A DNA stretch of 64,000 bases from an uncultured Acidobacteriota bacterium (lineage in GTDB: Bacteria > Acidobacteriota > Thermoanaerobaculia > Multivoradales > SZUA-115): positions 640,001 through 704,000 of the forward strand of contig CAWDVR010000001.1 in NCBI GenBank assembly GCA_963805975.1. The letters are read 5' to 3'. Each line of letters begins with the position of its first letter. Within the stretch, counting starts at the first letter, position 1. Below the pieces are notes generated by a model. The model saw only the letters and a program-made list of their open reading frames with translations. It was not told the DNA's origin and ran no database searches. The translations under genes were made by a program, and so were the position numbers. This document shows, piece by piece, positions 19,129-28,590 of this stretch.

Positions 19129-19872
19129 ATGATCGAGCTATTCGGTCACACCCGCGCGCGCATCGCCGGCCGGCATGCGCTCATCACCCCGCACAACCAC
19201 GTCAACAGCGTGCTGCCCGGCGTCACCGGCGCCGCCTCGGTGGTGCTCATCAACCAGGCCATGGGCGCGGGCTTCGCGCAGACCTCGCTGACCTTCCAGG
19301 AGGGCGGCGCAGCCACTCTCCCGGCCGGCGAGCTCGAAACCTTCGGCTACGTGATGAGCGGCGGCGCGTCGGTTGCCGCGGGCGATCTCGGCGGCCGGCT
19401 CGCGGCCGGCGGGTATTTCTTCGCACCGCCGGGCTCGGGGTGGAGCTTGCGCGAGCCGGAGGAAGGCACGCGGTTGATGCTTTTCGAGAAGCGCTACGTG
19501 CCGCTGGCCGGTGCCCTGCCTCCGGGTGCCGTGATCAGCCGTGCGGACGCGGTGGAAGGCGCACCCTTCCTCGGCGACCCCGCCGCCGACCTCAAGGTCC
19601 TGCTGCCGGACCAGCCTTCCTACGACATGGCCGTGAACCTCTTCTCCTACCAGCCCGGCGGGCACCTGCCCTTCGTCGAGGTCCACGTCATGGAGCACGG
19701 GCTCGTCATGCTCGAAGGCACCGGCGTCTACCGGCTGGAGGACTCCTGGTACCCGGTGCAGGCGGGTGACGTGATCTGGATGGCGCCCTACTGCGCGCAG
19801 TGGTTCGTTGCCATGGGCAAGACACCCGCGAAGTACCTGTACTACAAGGACGTGAACCGGGCGGCGATCTAG
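19129..19872 (+). CDS. allE: (S)-ureidoglycine aminohydrolase (bicupin)
   Basis: PFVEVHVMEHGL, GDVIWMAPYCAQWF, YLYYKDVNR. Confidence 0.9.
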   Translation: MIELFGHTRARIAGRHALITPHNHVNSVLPGVTGAASVVLINQAMGAGFAQTSLTFQEGGAATLPAGELETFGYVMSGGASVAAGDLGGRLAAGGYFFAPPGSGWSLREPEEGTRLMLFEKRYVPLAGALPPGAVISRADAVEGAPFLGDPAADLKVLLPDQPSYDMAVNLFSYQPGGHLPFVEVHVMEHGLVMLEGTGVYRLEDSWYPVQAGDVIWMAPYCAQWFVAMGKTPAKYLYYKDVNRAAI

Positions 19873-19891
19873 GCCTGATAATCTGGCGGCC

Positions 19892-22800
19892 ATGGCTTTT
19901 TCCTTCCATCTCAACGGCCGGCGGATCGAGGTGGATGGGCCGGCGCCTACCACCACGCTGGCGGATTTCCTGCGTTCCGAAGGCCTCACCGGCACCAAGA
20001 TCGGCTGCGCTGAAGGGGACTGCGGCGCTTGCACGGTGGCGCTCCTGGAGAACGACGCGGCCGGCCGGCCTACGTACCGCGCGATCAACAGTTGCATCGC
20101 GCTCCTGCCCATGGTCGCCGGCCGCGAGGTGGTGACGGTCGAGGGCCTGGCGGACGGCGAGCGGCTGCACCCGGTGCAGGCGGCGATGGTCGAGCAGTAC
20201 GGGTCGCAGTGCGGCTACTGCACTCCCGGCTTCGTGGTCTCGCTTTTCGAGGCCTTCTATCGCGAGGGCTGCCGCACCTCCCGCGACCTTTCCGACCAGC
20301 TCTGCGGCAACCTCTGCCGCTGCACCGGCTATCGGCCGATCCGCGACGCGGCGCTCGACGCGCTGGCAAAGCGGGACGAGCCGGCGAACGGCGAAGACCC
20401 GTTCCGCGCCCGCCTCGAAGCCGCAGTTCCGGTCCTCGACTCACTCGCCTACGAGGCGGCGGGAGAGCGGTTCTTCCGCCCTACCTCGCTCGCCGAGCTC
20501 TTCGCGCTCTGGTCCGCCCACCGGGAGGCACGCCTGGTGGCCGGTGCCACGGAGATCGGCGTCGATCTCAACAAGAAGTTCCAGGCGTTTCCGCTCCTGA
20601 TCTCGACCGAGGGCGTTCCGGAGCTGACGCGGATCACCTCGACCCCGGCCGCCTGGCGGATCGGCGGCGCGGCCACGCTCACCGCGGTCGAGGAGGCCTT
20701 GGCGGGAGAGTATCCGTCGTTCGCCAAGATGCTCCGCGTCTTCGCCTCGCGGCAGATCCGCAGCCGCGCGACGCTCGGCGGCAACCTCGCCACGGCCTCG
20801 CCGATCGGCGACACCGCGCCCGTGCTGATGACGCTCGACGCCGAGCTGGTGCTCGCCTCGGCCGCGGGCGAGCGCACGGTGCCGATCGCGGACTTCTTCA
20901 CCGCGTACCGCAAGACCGTGCTCGGGCCGGGAGAGCTGATCCGCGAGATCGTCGTGCCCCGTTTCCCCGCCGTGGGCCCGGGCGCGACGCGCCGGGTCGA
21001 CTTCCTCAAGGTCTCGAAGCGCCGAGAGCTCGACATCTCGATCGTGGCCGGCGCCTTCGCCCTGGACCTCGACGCCGCCGGCGTGGTGTGCCAGGCGCGG
21101 CTGGCCTACGGCGGGGTGGCCGCGACGCCGCTCCGTGCGCGGAGGGCGGAGGCGGCGCTCGAAGGCCGTACGCTTGCCGCCGCGGCGGAAGAGGTCGAGC
21201 GCATCCTCGCCGCGGACCTTCATCCCATCGACGACGTGCGCGGCGGTGCCGCCTACCGGCGTGGCCTGGTGGTCAGCCTGTGGCGAAAGTTCGTGACCGG
21301 GGAGGCGAGCGAGGCCCAGGATGGTGCGCTCGACTTCGAGCACGGGGAGCGCTGGCCGGGCTCCGACGCCTCGCGTGCCCTCCGCCACGAGAGTGGCGTG
21401 GGCCACGTCACGGGCCGCGCGCTCTACGCGGACGATCTCGCGCAGCGCCGGCCCATGCTCGACGTGTGGCCCGTGGTCTCGCCGCACGCGCGGGCGAGGG
21501 TCCTGCGCCGCGACGCCAGCCGGGCAGCGGCCGCGCCCGGCGTGGTCGCGGTGCTGCTGGCCGAGGACATCCCCGGCGAGAACAACGTCGGCGTGGCGCG
21601 CCACGACGAGCCGCTGCTGGCGGTGGACGAGGTCTCCTACCACGGCCAGCTCGTGGCGCTGGTGGTGGGGGAGTCGCAGCGCGCCTGCCGTGCCGCCGCG
21701 GCGCTGGTGGAGGTGGAGTACGAGCCGCTGCCGCCGGTGCTGACCCTCGCCGAAGCGATGGCGCAGGGGAGCTACCACACCGAGCCGCACGTGTTGGCGC
21801 GTGGCGACGTAGCCGCGGCGCTGGCCGCCGCGCCCTGCCGGCTGGACGGTAGCTTCGAGATGGGCGGCCAGGAGCACTTCTACCTCGAGACCCACGCCGC
21901 CTGGGCCGAGCCGGGCGAGAACGGCACGGTGCTGGTCTGCTCCTCGACGCAGCACCCCTCCGAGATCCAGGCCATGGTGGCCGAGGTGCTGGGCCTGCCG
22001 CGCAACAAAGTGGTGACCCGCGTGCCGCGCATGGGCGGCGGCTTCGGCGGCAAGGAGACGCAGGGCAACATGTTTGCGGCGCTCACCGCGCTGGCGGCCA
22101 CCAAGACCGGCCGGCCGGTGCGCGTGCAGCTCGACCGCGACCTCGACCTCGCCATCACCGGCAAGCGGCACCCGTTCCACGCCAGTTTCTCCGTGGGTCA
22201 CGACCGCGACGGCCGGCTGCTCGCGGCCGGGGTCGAGCTGGTGTCGAACGGCGGCTGGTCGCTCGACCTCTCGCAGGCCATCCTCGACCGCGCGCTCTTC
22301 CACCTCGACAACGCCTACTACCTGCCGGCGGTCCGCTTCTCGGGGCGCGTGGCGAAGACCAACCTCGCCTCCAACACCGCCTTCCGCGGCTTCGGCGGGC
22401 CCCAGGGCATGCTGGTGATGGAAGAGATCCTCGACCGCGTGGCGCGCCGGCTGGGTCTCGCACCCGAGGTGGTGCGCGAGCGGAACCTCTACCGTGGCTC
22501 GGGCGAGACCAACACCACGCACTACAACATGGAGATCGGCGACCAGCGGCTGCTGGAGGTCTGGCGGCGGGTGTTGGAGGAGTCGAGCTTCGCCGAGCGA
22601 AGGCTCGCGGTCGCGGCCTGGAACCGCGAGCACCGGACCGTCAAGCGCGGCCTCGCCGTGACGCCGGTCAAGTTCGGCATCTCCTTCACCCTCACGCACT
22701 ACAACCAGGCGGGCGCGCTCGTCCTGCTCTACCAGGACGGCAGCGCGCAGGTGAACCACGGCGGCACCGAGATGGGGCAGGGCCTGCACACCAAGGTGCT

Positions 22801-23704
22801 CGGCATCGCCATGCGGGAGCTGGGCCTCCCGGCCGAGCGCATCCGGCTGATGACCACTTCGACGGACAAGGTGCCCAACACCTCCGCCACCGCGGCCTCG
22901 GCCGGCGCGGACTTGAACGGCGCGGCCGTCGCCGCGGCGTGCAAGACGCTCCGCGAGCGGCTGGCGCCGGTGGCGGCCCGGCTGCTGGCCCAGCAGACGG
23001 GCATTGCCGTCGAGCCGGATGAGCTGGTGTTCGCGGACGGGGGCGTCCAAGCGGGCGAGGCACGGCTTTCCTTCGCGGCCGTCTGCAAGCAGGCGTACGT
23101 GGAGCGCGTCAGCCTCGCCGCCACCGGCTACTACGCGACGCCGGGGATCTCCTGGGACTGGTCCACGGCCACGGGCCGGCCCTTCTACTACTTCGTCTCC
23201 GCCGCCGCCGTGGCCGAGGTGGAGGTGGACGGCTCCACGGGCATGCACCGCGTGCTGCGAGTCGACATCGTGGAGGACGCGGGCGACTCGCTCAACCCCG
23301 GTGTCGATCGCGGGCAGATCGAAGGCGGCTTCGTGCAGGGCATGGGCTGGCTGACGCGGGAGGAGCTGCTGTGGGACGGCGAGGGCCGCCTCCTCACCCA
23401 CAGCGCCAGCACCTACGCCATCCCGGCGGTCAGCGACGCGCCGCTCGAGATGCACGTCACGCTGCTGACCAACGCACCGCAGGAGGGCGTGATCCACGGC
23501 AGCAAGGCGGTGGGCGAGCCGCCGCTGATGCTCGCCTTCTCGGTGCGCGAGGCGATCCGCGACGCCATCGCCGCCTTCGGCGAGACGGGCGGCGAGATCA
23601 CCCTACCTTCGCCGGCCACCTGCGAGGCGATCTTCCACGCGGTCCGGGCGCGGGAGGGGAGCCGAATCGAAGAAGCGCAAGCGGTGGAGGTGGTGGGGGC
23701 GTAG
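19892..23704 (+). CDS. xdh: Xanthine dehydrogenase, single-chain 2Fe-2S/FAD/molybdopterin fusion (XdhA+XdhB)
   Basis: GCAEGDCGAC, QCGYC, NLCRC, ATLGGNLATASPIGD, RMGGGFGGKE, AFRGFGGPQG, SKAVGEPP in one 1270-aa ORF. Confidence 0.93.
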   Translation: MAFSFHLNGRRIEVDGPAPTTTLADFLRSEGLTGTKIGCAEGDCGACTVALLENDAAGRPTYRAINSCIALLPMVAGREVVTVEGLADGERLHPVQAAMVEQYGSQCGYCTPGFVVSLFEAFYREGCRTSRDLSDQLCGNLCRCTGYRPIRDAALDALAKRDEPANGEDPFRARLEAAVPVLDSLAYEAAGERFFRPTSLAELFALWSAHREARLVAGATEIGVDLNKKFQAFPLLISTEGVPELTRITSTPAAWRIGGAATLTAVEEALAGEYPSFAKMLRVFASRQIRSRATLGGNLATASPIGDTAPVLMTLDAELVLASAAGERTVPIADFFTAYRKTVLGPGELIREIVVPRFPAVGPGATRRVDFLKVSKRRELDISIVAGAFALDLDAAGVVCQARLAYGGVAATPLRARRAEAALEGRTLAAAAEEVERILAADLHPIDDVRGGAAYRRGLVVSLWRKFVTGEASEAQDGALDFEHGERWPGSDASRALRHESGVGHVTGRALYADDLAQRRPMLDVWPVVSPHARARVLRRDASRAAAAPGVVAVLLAEDIPGENNVGVARHDEPLLAVDEVSYHGQLVALVVGESQRACRAAAALVEVEYEPLPPVLTLAEAMAQGSYHTEPHVLARGDVAAALAAAPCRLDGSFEMGGQEHFYLETHAAWAEPGENGTVLVCSSTQHPSEIQAMVAEVLGLPRNKVVTRVPRMGGGFGGKETQGNMFAALTALAATKTGRPVRVQLDRDLDLAITGKRHPFHASFSVGHDRDGRLLAAGVELVSNGGWSLDLSQAILDRALFHLDNAYYLPAVRFSGRVAKTNLASNTAFRGFGGPQGMLVMEEILDRVARRLGLAPEVVRERNLYRGSGETNTTHYNMEIGDQRLLEVWRRVLEESSFAERRLAVAAWNREHRTVKRGLAVTPVKFGISFTLTHYNQAGALVLLYQDGSAQVNHGGTEMGQGLHTKVLGIAMRELGLPAERIRLMTTSTDKVPNTSATAASAGADLNGAAVAAACKTLRERLAPVAARLLAQQTGIAVEPDELVFADGGVQAGEARLSFAAVCKQAYVERVSLAATGYYATPGISWDWSTATGRPFYYFVSAAAVAEVEVDGSTGMHRVLRVDIVEDAGDSLNPGVDRGQIEGGFVQGMGWLTREELLWDGEGRLLTHSASTYAIPAVSDAPLEMHVTLLTNAPQEGVIHGSKAVGEPPLMLAFSVREAIRDAIAAFGETGGEITLPSPATCEAIFHAVRAREGSRIEEAQAVEVVGA

Positions 23705-23791
23705 ATCCAGCCTGGGGAGAGTTTCGGAGAAGGAACCGGAAAGGGTTTGCTTCAGCCTGCGTGCTAAGTTACCAGCGGAGCGGGGAGACAT

Positions 23792-23998
23792 ATGAGCTTC
23801 ACGATCGAGATCGAGCGCGAGGAGGACGGCCGCTGGCTGGCGGAGGTGCCCGCCCTGCCAGGCGTGCTTTGTTACGCCGCTACGCGTGAAGAAGGGATCG
23901 CTCGGGCGCAAGCTCTCGCTTTGCGGGTGATCGCCGAACGGCTCGAACACGGCGAGGTGCCCGCCGAGCTTCTTCAGGTGTCCTTCCAAGCAGCGTGA
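23792..23998 (+). CDS. hicB: HicB family antitoxin (short form)
   Basis: IEIEREEDGRWLAEVPALPGVLCYAATREE. Confidence 0.85.
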   Translation: MSFTIEIEREEDGRWLAEVPALPGVLCYAATREEGIARAQALALRVIAERLEHGEVPAELLQVSFQAA

Positions 23999-24207
23999 GC
24001 CACTTCTCGGCGACCCGGGCGAGGCGCGTCCTGGCTGCGCTTCTGCGTCTCGGTTGGGTGGTCAAGCGTCAGAGCGGCTCGCACCGCACCCTCGCGAGGC
24101 CGGGATGGCCCGACTTTGTCTTCGCCTTCCACGAGAACGAGGAGATCGGACCTCGAATGCTGTCGAGGATCGCTCGCCACACCGGCCTGCGACCTACGGA
24201 TCTCTGA
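23995..24207 (+). CDS. hicA: HicA family mRNA interferase toxin
   Basis: LGWVVKRQSGSHRTL, FAFHENEEIGP; GTGA overlap. Confidence 0.85.
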   Translation: MSHFSATRARRVLAALLRLGWVVKRQSGSHRTLARPGWPDFVFAFHENEEIGPRMLSRIARHTGLRPTDL

Positions 24208-24266
24208 TCCAGGGCCAGCGGGTTTCTCGAAGGACAAGTTGCGCTAACGGGTAGGGGGTGCCGCCT

Positions 24267-24301
24267 AAACCAACGAGGGCGGCCGGACCGGGCCGCCCTC
24301 G
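24267..24301 (-). terminator. Putative intrinsic terminator of the four-gene array
   Basis: 11-bp stem cgagggcggcc / ggccgccctcg, followed on the minus strand by TTGGTTT; 25 bp downstream of the copy 4 stop. Confidence 0.55.
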
Positions 24302-24326
24302 CCGTTGTCCACTCACACCTGAATCT

Positions 24327-25147
24327 CTACGGGCAGTCGTAGGGGTAGCACACCTCGCCGCCGCTGCAGTGCTGTTTGCTCTCGCCCTCGTACTCGTGGC
24401 AGGTCATCGGCCCGCAGGGGAGCAGAGGCCGGGTTCCCACTGGTAGCCCGCAGGGTCCCAGCCTGCCGCGAAGTTGGAGGTCCCGGCGAGGTGGGTGTCG
24501 GGGATGCCGTCGCCGTTGGTATCGGCGAAGGTGGGCCCGACGACCTTGCCGCCCGGGCCGGGCGTAAAGGACCAGGGCAGCGACTGCGCGGGGAAGGTGA
24601 AGCTGCCCGCGAGCTCGAGCGGGCGCGCCGCGCGGCCGGAGACCGGCACGAAGGTCAGGCGCACATCGACCGCCAGCGGGGCGACGAAGGTGCCGCCGCG
24701 CTCGTGGCTGCGGTAGATGTGCATCGTGGTCACACGCTGGGTGCCGGCGAGGCTGACGTGGACGTGGAAAGCGCCGCACGGCGTCTCGAGCGGGGCGGAG
24801 CTGACCATCGACAGGGCCTGGAACTGGACGCGCGTCACGGCACGGCCGCTCTCGTCGAAGGCGGCGTCGTCGAGGCGGGCGATCACCGTGTCGGTGCCGC
24901 GAAGCTGGCCGGGGACCGCGGTCTCGATCGGCAGGCCCTTGAAGGTGACGCGGCCGGTGAAGGCCGGCGAGCTCCGGCAGAAGAAGCCGGCGGGGATGGG
25001 GTCGTCGGCGAAGTCGTAGAACGTCTTGCCGTTGTCGAGGGTGACGAACACGTCGCTGCCGCGCTCGATCACCGGTGCGGCGTTTGCGGGGAAGGCACTG
25101 ATCGCGATGGTAACGGCGAGCGCGATCAGAAGTGCGGTCCTCTTCAT
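24327..25147 (-). CDS. Secreted paralog copy 4 (conserved core + six-Cys tail), apparent 1-bp deletion at 24417-24420
   Basis: Signal peptide, shared core; adding one G to the GGGG run gives the tail GLCSPCGPMTCHEYEGESKQHCSGGEVCYPYDCP*. Confidence 0.8.
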
Positions 25148-25175
25148 TTCGATCTCCTTGAGTTCCGGTGCGGTC

Positions 25176-25997
25176 TTAGGGACAGAGGACGTTCTCGCAG
25201 CCGGGTGGGGTGTACGGGAAGGAGCAGTGCATCTTGCCCGATCCGTCGTCGTGGCAGGTCACGCCCTGGCACGGGTTGCAGTCGTACCACTGGTAGACGG
25301 CAGGGTCCCAGCCCGCCGCGAAGTTGGAGGTCCCGGCGAGGTGGGTGTCGGGGACGCGGTCGCCGTTGGTGTCGGCGAAGGTAGGGCCGATGCCCTTGGC
25401 GTCCGAGGAGGGCGGGAAGGACCAAGGCAGCGCCTCCGCCGGGAAGGTGAAGCTGCCGTTGAGCTCGAGCGGACGCGCGGCGCGGCCGGAGACCGGTACG
25501 AAGCGCAGGCGAACGTCCACCGCCAGCGGAGCGACGAAGGTGCCGCCGCGCTCTTCGGTGCGGTAGATGCTCATAGAGGTCACGCGCTGGGTGCCGGCGA
25601 GGCTGACGTGGACATGGAAAGCGCCGCAGGTTGTCTCGAGCGGCTTGGAGCTGACCAGGGACAGGGCCTGGAACTGGACCCGGGTCACGGCGCGGCCGGT
25701 TTCGTCGAAGGTGGCGTCGTCGAGGCGGGCGACCACGGTGTCGGCGCCGTGGAGCTGCCCGGGGACGGCGGTCTCGAGCGGCAGGCCCTTGAAGGTGACG
25801 CGGCCGGTGAAGGCCGGGGAGCCCTGGCAGAAGAAGCCGGCCGGGATGGGGTCGTCGGCGAAGTCGTAGAACGTCCTGCCGTTGTCATGGGTGGTGAACA
25901 CGTCGCTTCCGCGCTCGATGACCGGCGCCGCGTTCGCGGGCAGGGTGCCGAGCGCGATTGCGAGGGCCAGTACCGTCAACAGTGCGATTCTTCTCAT
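25176..25997 (-). CDS. Secreted paralog copy 3 (conserved core + six-Cys tail)
   Basis: AAGGAG RBS; MRRIALLTVLALAIALGTLPANA signal; tail YDCNPCQGVTCHDDGSGKMHCSFPYTPPGCENVLCP. Confidence 0.88.
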   Translation of the reverse strand: MRRIALLTVLALAIALGTLPANAAPVIERGSDVFTTHDNGRTFYDFADDPIPAGFFCQGSPAFTGRVTFKGLPLETAVPGQLHGADTVVARLDDATFDETGRAVTRVQFQALSLVSSKPLETTCGAFHVHVSLAGTQRVTSMSIYRTEERGGTFVAPLAVDVRLRFVPVSGRAARPLELNGSFTFPAEALPWSFPPSSDAKGIGPTFADTNGDRVPDTHLAGTSNFAAGWDPAVYQWYDCNPCQGVTCHDDGSGKMHCSFPYTPPGCENVLCP

Positions 25998-26025
25998 GGC
26001 GATCTCCTTGGTTACAGGTGCGTTC

Positions 26026-26841
26026 CTAGGGACAGACAATCTCTTGGCAGTGGGGCGGAGTGGGCGGCAAGGAGCAGTGCCACTTGCCCGTTCCGTCGTC
26101 GTGGCAGGTTTCCTGGCACTGGTTGCATTCGCCCCACCAGTTGACCTCGCTCGGGCGCCAGCCCGCCGCGAAGTTGGAGGTCCCGGCGAGGTGGGTGTCG
26201 GGGATACGGTCGCCATTGGTGTCGGCGAAGGCGGGGCCGGGGCCCTTGGCGCCAGATCCGGGAACGAAGGCCCAGGGCAGCGCCTGCGCGCCGAAGGTGA
26301 AGCTGCCGGTGAGCTCGAGCGGGCGTGAGGCGCGGCCGGAGACGGGCACGAAGCGCAGGCGCACGTCGACCGCCAGCGGGGCGACGAAGGTGCCGCCGCG
26401 CTCCTCGCTGCGGTAGATATTCATGGTGGTCACGCGCTGGGTGCCGGCCAGGCTGACGTGGACGTGGAAAGCGCCGCACGGCGTCCTGAGGGGGCTGGAG
26501 CTGACCAGGGACAACGCCTGGAACTGGACGCGAGTCACGGCACGGCCGCTCTCGTCGAAGGTGGCGTCGTCGAGGCGCGCGACCACGGTGTCGGCGCCGT
26601 GGAGCTGGCCGGGGGTCGCAGTCTCGAGCGGCAGGCCCTTGAAGATGACGCGGCCGGTGAAGGCCGGGGAGCCCTGGCAGAAAAAGCCGGCCGGGATGGG
26701 GTCGTCGGCGAAGTCGTAGAACGTCCTGCCGTTGTCATGGGTGGTGAACACATCGCTTCCGCGCTCGATCACCGGCGCCGCGCCCACGGGGAGGGCGGTG
26801 ATCGCGAGCGCCAGCACTACCAGCAGAACCGTTCTCCTCAT
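26026..26841 (-). CDS. Secreted paralog copy 2 (conserved core + six-Cys tail)
   Basis: AAGGAG RBS; signal peptide; tail GECNQCQETCHDDGTGKWHCSLPPTPPHCQEIVCP. Confidence 0.88.
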   Translation of the reverse strand: MRRTVLLVVLALAITALPVGAAPVIERGSDVFTTHDNGRTFYDFADDPIPAGFFCQGSPAFTGRVIFKGLPLETATPGQLHGADTVVARLDDATFDESGRAVTRVQFQALSLVSSSPLRTPCGAFHVHVSLAGTQRVTTMNIYRSEERGGTFVAPLAVDVRLRFVPVSGRASRPLELTGSFTFGAQALPWAFVPGSGAKGPGPAFADTNGDRIPDTHLAGTSNFAAGWRPSEVNWWGECNQCQETCHDDGTGKWHCSLPPTPPHCQEIVCP

Positions 26842-26865
26842 GGCAGTCTCCTTTCCTGGAAGTGA

Positions 26866-26895
26866 CGCCGGGAGCTGGAACGCGGGCTCCCGGCG
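26866..26895. other. Intergenic stem-loop between copies 1 and 2
   Basis: 10-bp perfect arms cgccgggagc / gctcccggcg with no U-tract; possible mRNA stability or attenuation element. Confidence 0.45.
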
Positions 26896-26924
26896 CGAAG
26901 ATCAGTCACCGCCATCCCGCTGCA

Positions 26925-27740
26925 TCACGGGCACACGGCGGGCTGGCAGACGACCAACGGGCCGGAGCAGTGCTCCTTGCCTCCGTCCATGTGGCATTGC
27001 CGCGGCTCGCAGGTGAAGCAGCCGGTTTCCACCTGGTAACCGTTGGGGTCCCAGCCCGCCGCGAAATTGGAGGTGCCGGCGAGGCGCGTGTCGGGAATGC
27101 GGTCGCCGTTGGTGTCGGCCAGCGAGGGCCCGACCACCTTGCCGCCCGGGCCGGGCGCGAAGGACCACGGCAGGGACTGTGCGGGGAAGGTGAAGCTGCC
27201 GCTGAGCTCGAGCGGGCGCGAGGCGCGGCCGGCGACCGGCACGAAGCGCAGGCGCACGTCGACCGCCAGCGGGGCGACGAAGGTGCCGCCGCGCTCGTGG
27301 CTGCGGTAGATGCTCATCGTGGTCACGCGCTGGGTGCCGGCGAGGCTGACGTGCACGTGGAAGGCGCCGCAGGGCGTCTGGAGGGGGCTGGAGCTGACCA
27401 GTGACAGGGCCTGGAACTGGACCCGCGTCACGGCACGGCCGCTCTCGTCGAAGGTGGCGTCGTCGAGGCGGGCGATCACCGTGTCGGCGCCGCGGAGCTG
27501 GCCGGGGACCGCAGTCTCGAGCGGCAGGCCCTTGAAGGTGACGCGGCCGGTGAAAGCCGGCGAGTTTCTACAGAAGAAGCCGGCCGGGATGGGGTCGTCG
27601 GCGAAGTCGTAGAACGAGGTTCCGTTGTCGACAGTGGTGAACACGTCGCTGCCGCGCTCGATCACCGGCGCGGCGGTCAGGGGAGCAGATCCGAGCACCA
27701 ACGCGACGGCGAGCACTACCCAAAGGCTTCGGTTCCTCAC
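26925..27740 (-). CDS. Secreted paralog copy 1 (conserved core + six-Cys tail)
   Basis: AAAGGAGG RBS, GTG start; signal peptide; tail TGCFTCEPRQCHMDGGKEHCSGPLVVCQPAVCP. Confidence 0.88.
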   Translation of the reverse strand: MRNRSLWVVLAVALVLGSAPLTAAPVIERGSDVFTTVDNGTSFYDFADDPIPAGFFCRNSPAFTGRVTFKGLPLETAVPGQLRGADTVIARLDDATFDESGRAVTRVQFQALSLVSSSPLQTPCGAFHVHVSLAGTQRVTTMSIYRSHERGGTFVAPLAVDVRLRFVPVAGRASRPLELSGSFTFPAQSLPWSFAPGPGGKVVGPSLADTNGDRIPDTRLAGTSNFAAGWDPNGYQVETGCFTCEPRQCHMDGGKEHCSGPLVVCQPAVCP

Positions 27741-27893
27741 GTCTTGCCTCCTTTCGAGAGACAGGGACGCCGGACGTAGGCCCGCCCGGCTAGGGGTGAC
27801 AAGGAGATTCGATGGAACATATGCGCAAAGCGCTCTAATTCTCTATATCTTCAGGTGACTCTGCTTCTCCGGAATTGCTTCAGTCGAAGAAGC

Positions 27894-28349
27894 TTAGTAG
27901 TCGAAGCGCGCGGCGATGTAGCCGCTGTAATGCCAGTTCTCTGCGTAGCAGGTGGGGGAGCCGACGTAGATCTTGAAGTAGTTGCCCACACCGGCCGCCT
28001 GGGAGAGGCCGTAGGCCTTGCCCACGCAGGAGGCGCAGCGCAGCGAGCCGTTGCGGTACACGTCCCAAAGGCCGATGATCTCGTCGTTGTCGCTCGAGCC
28101 CACGGAGATCAGGCGGAACTCGTACTGCGTGGCGCCCACGAAGCCGATGGCGTTCGAGAACGCCTGGAGCGTTTTCTCCTGCCAGCTCGAAACGGAGTTG
28201 CCGCTGGTCGGGCTGTACCAGGCGCCGGTGTCGCCGTCGGCGATGGCGATCGGCTTGTCCGACCACACGCTGTGGACCGGCTGGGCGGCGAGCGGAGCGG
28301 CGGCGAGCAAGGCGATCAGGACGAAGGCGAGGCGGAGCGAAGCGCGCAT
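27894..28349 (-). CDS. Small secreted hypothetical protein
   Basis: MRASLRLAFVLIALLAAAPLAA signal peptide; aromatic-rich beta-type body with CASC and a third Cys. Confidence 0.7.
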   Translation of the reverse strand: MRASLRLAFVLIALLAAAPLAAQPVHSVWSDKPIAIADGDTGAWYSPTSGNSVSSWQEKTLQAFSNAIGFVGATQYEFRLISVGSSDNDEIIGLWDVYRNGSLRCASCVGKAYGLSQAAGVGNYFKIYVGSPTCYAENWHYSGYIAARFDY

Positions 28350-28590
28350 GAAGGGGTCTCCTTCTCTCCGAGCAAAGGTGGGGAGGGGAATGCCTCCGCC
28401 ATGATTCGGAGCTTCTGTTGTCTCTGTGCATTTCTGCACTGAAGTGTAGACAATTATAAGTCCGAAATGCTCGCTCTGGTTCGTCGCACCTCTCGCCTAA
28501 TACCCGGCTTCGACCTCTTCGTCTCTACCACTGACCAAGCCACGCTATGAGCCGATCCCGGCTCGAGCGACCGTTCAGAGGAGAGGTCCC

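Noticed and set aside
24327-27740. Diversity-generating retroelement or CRISPR as the explanation for the repeats
   Set aside because: No reverse transcriptase or template repeat is present; tail differences include indels and are not adenine-specific; the repeats are whole genes, not short repeat-spacer units.
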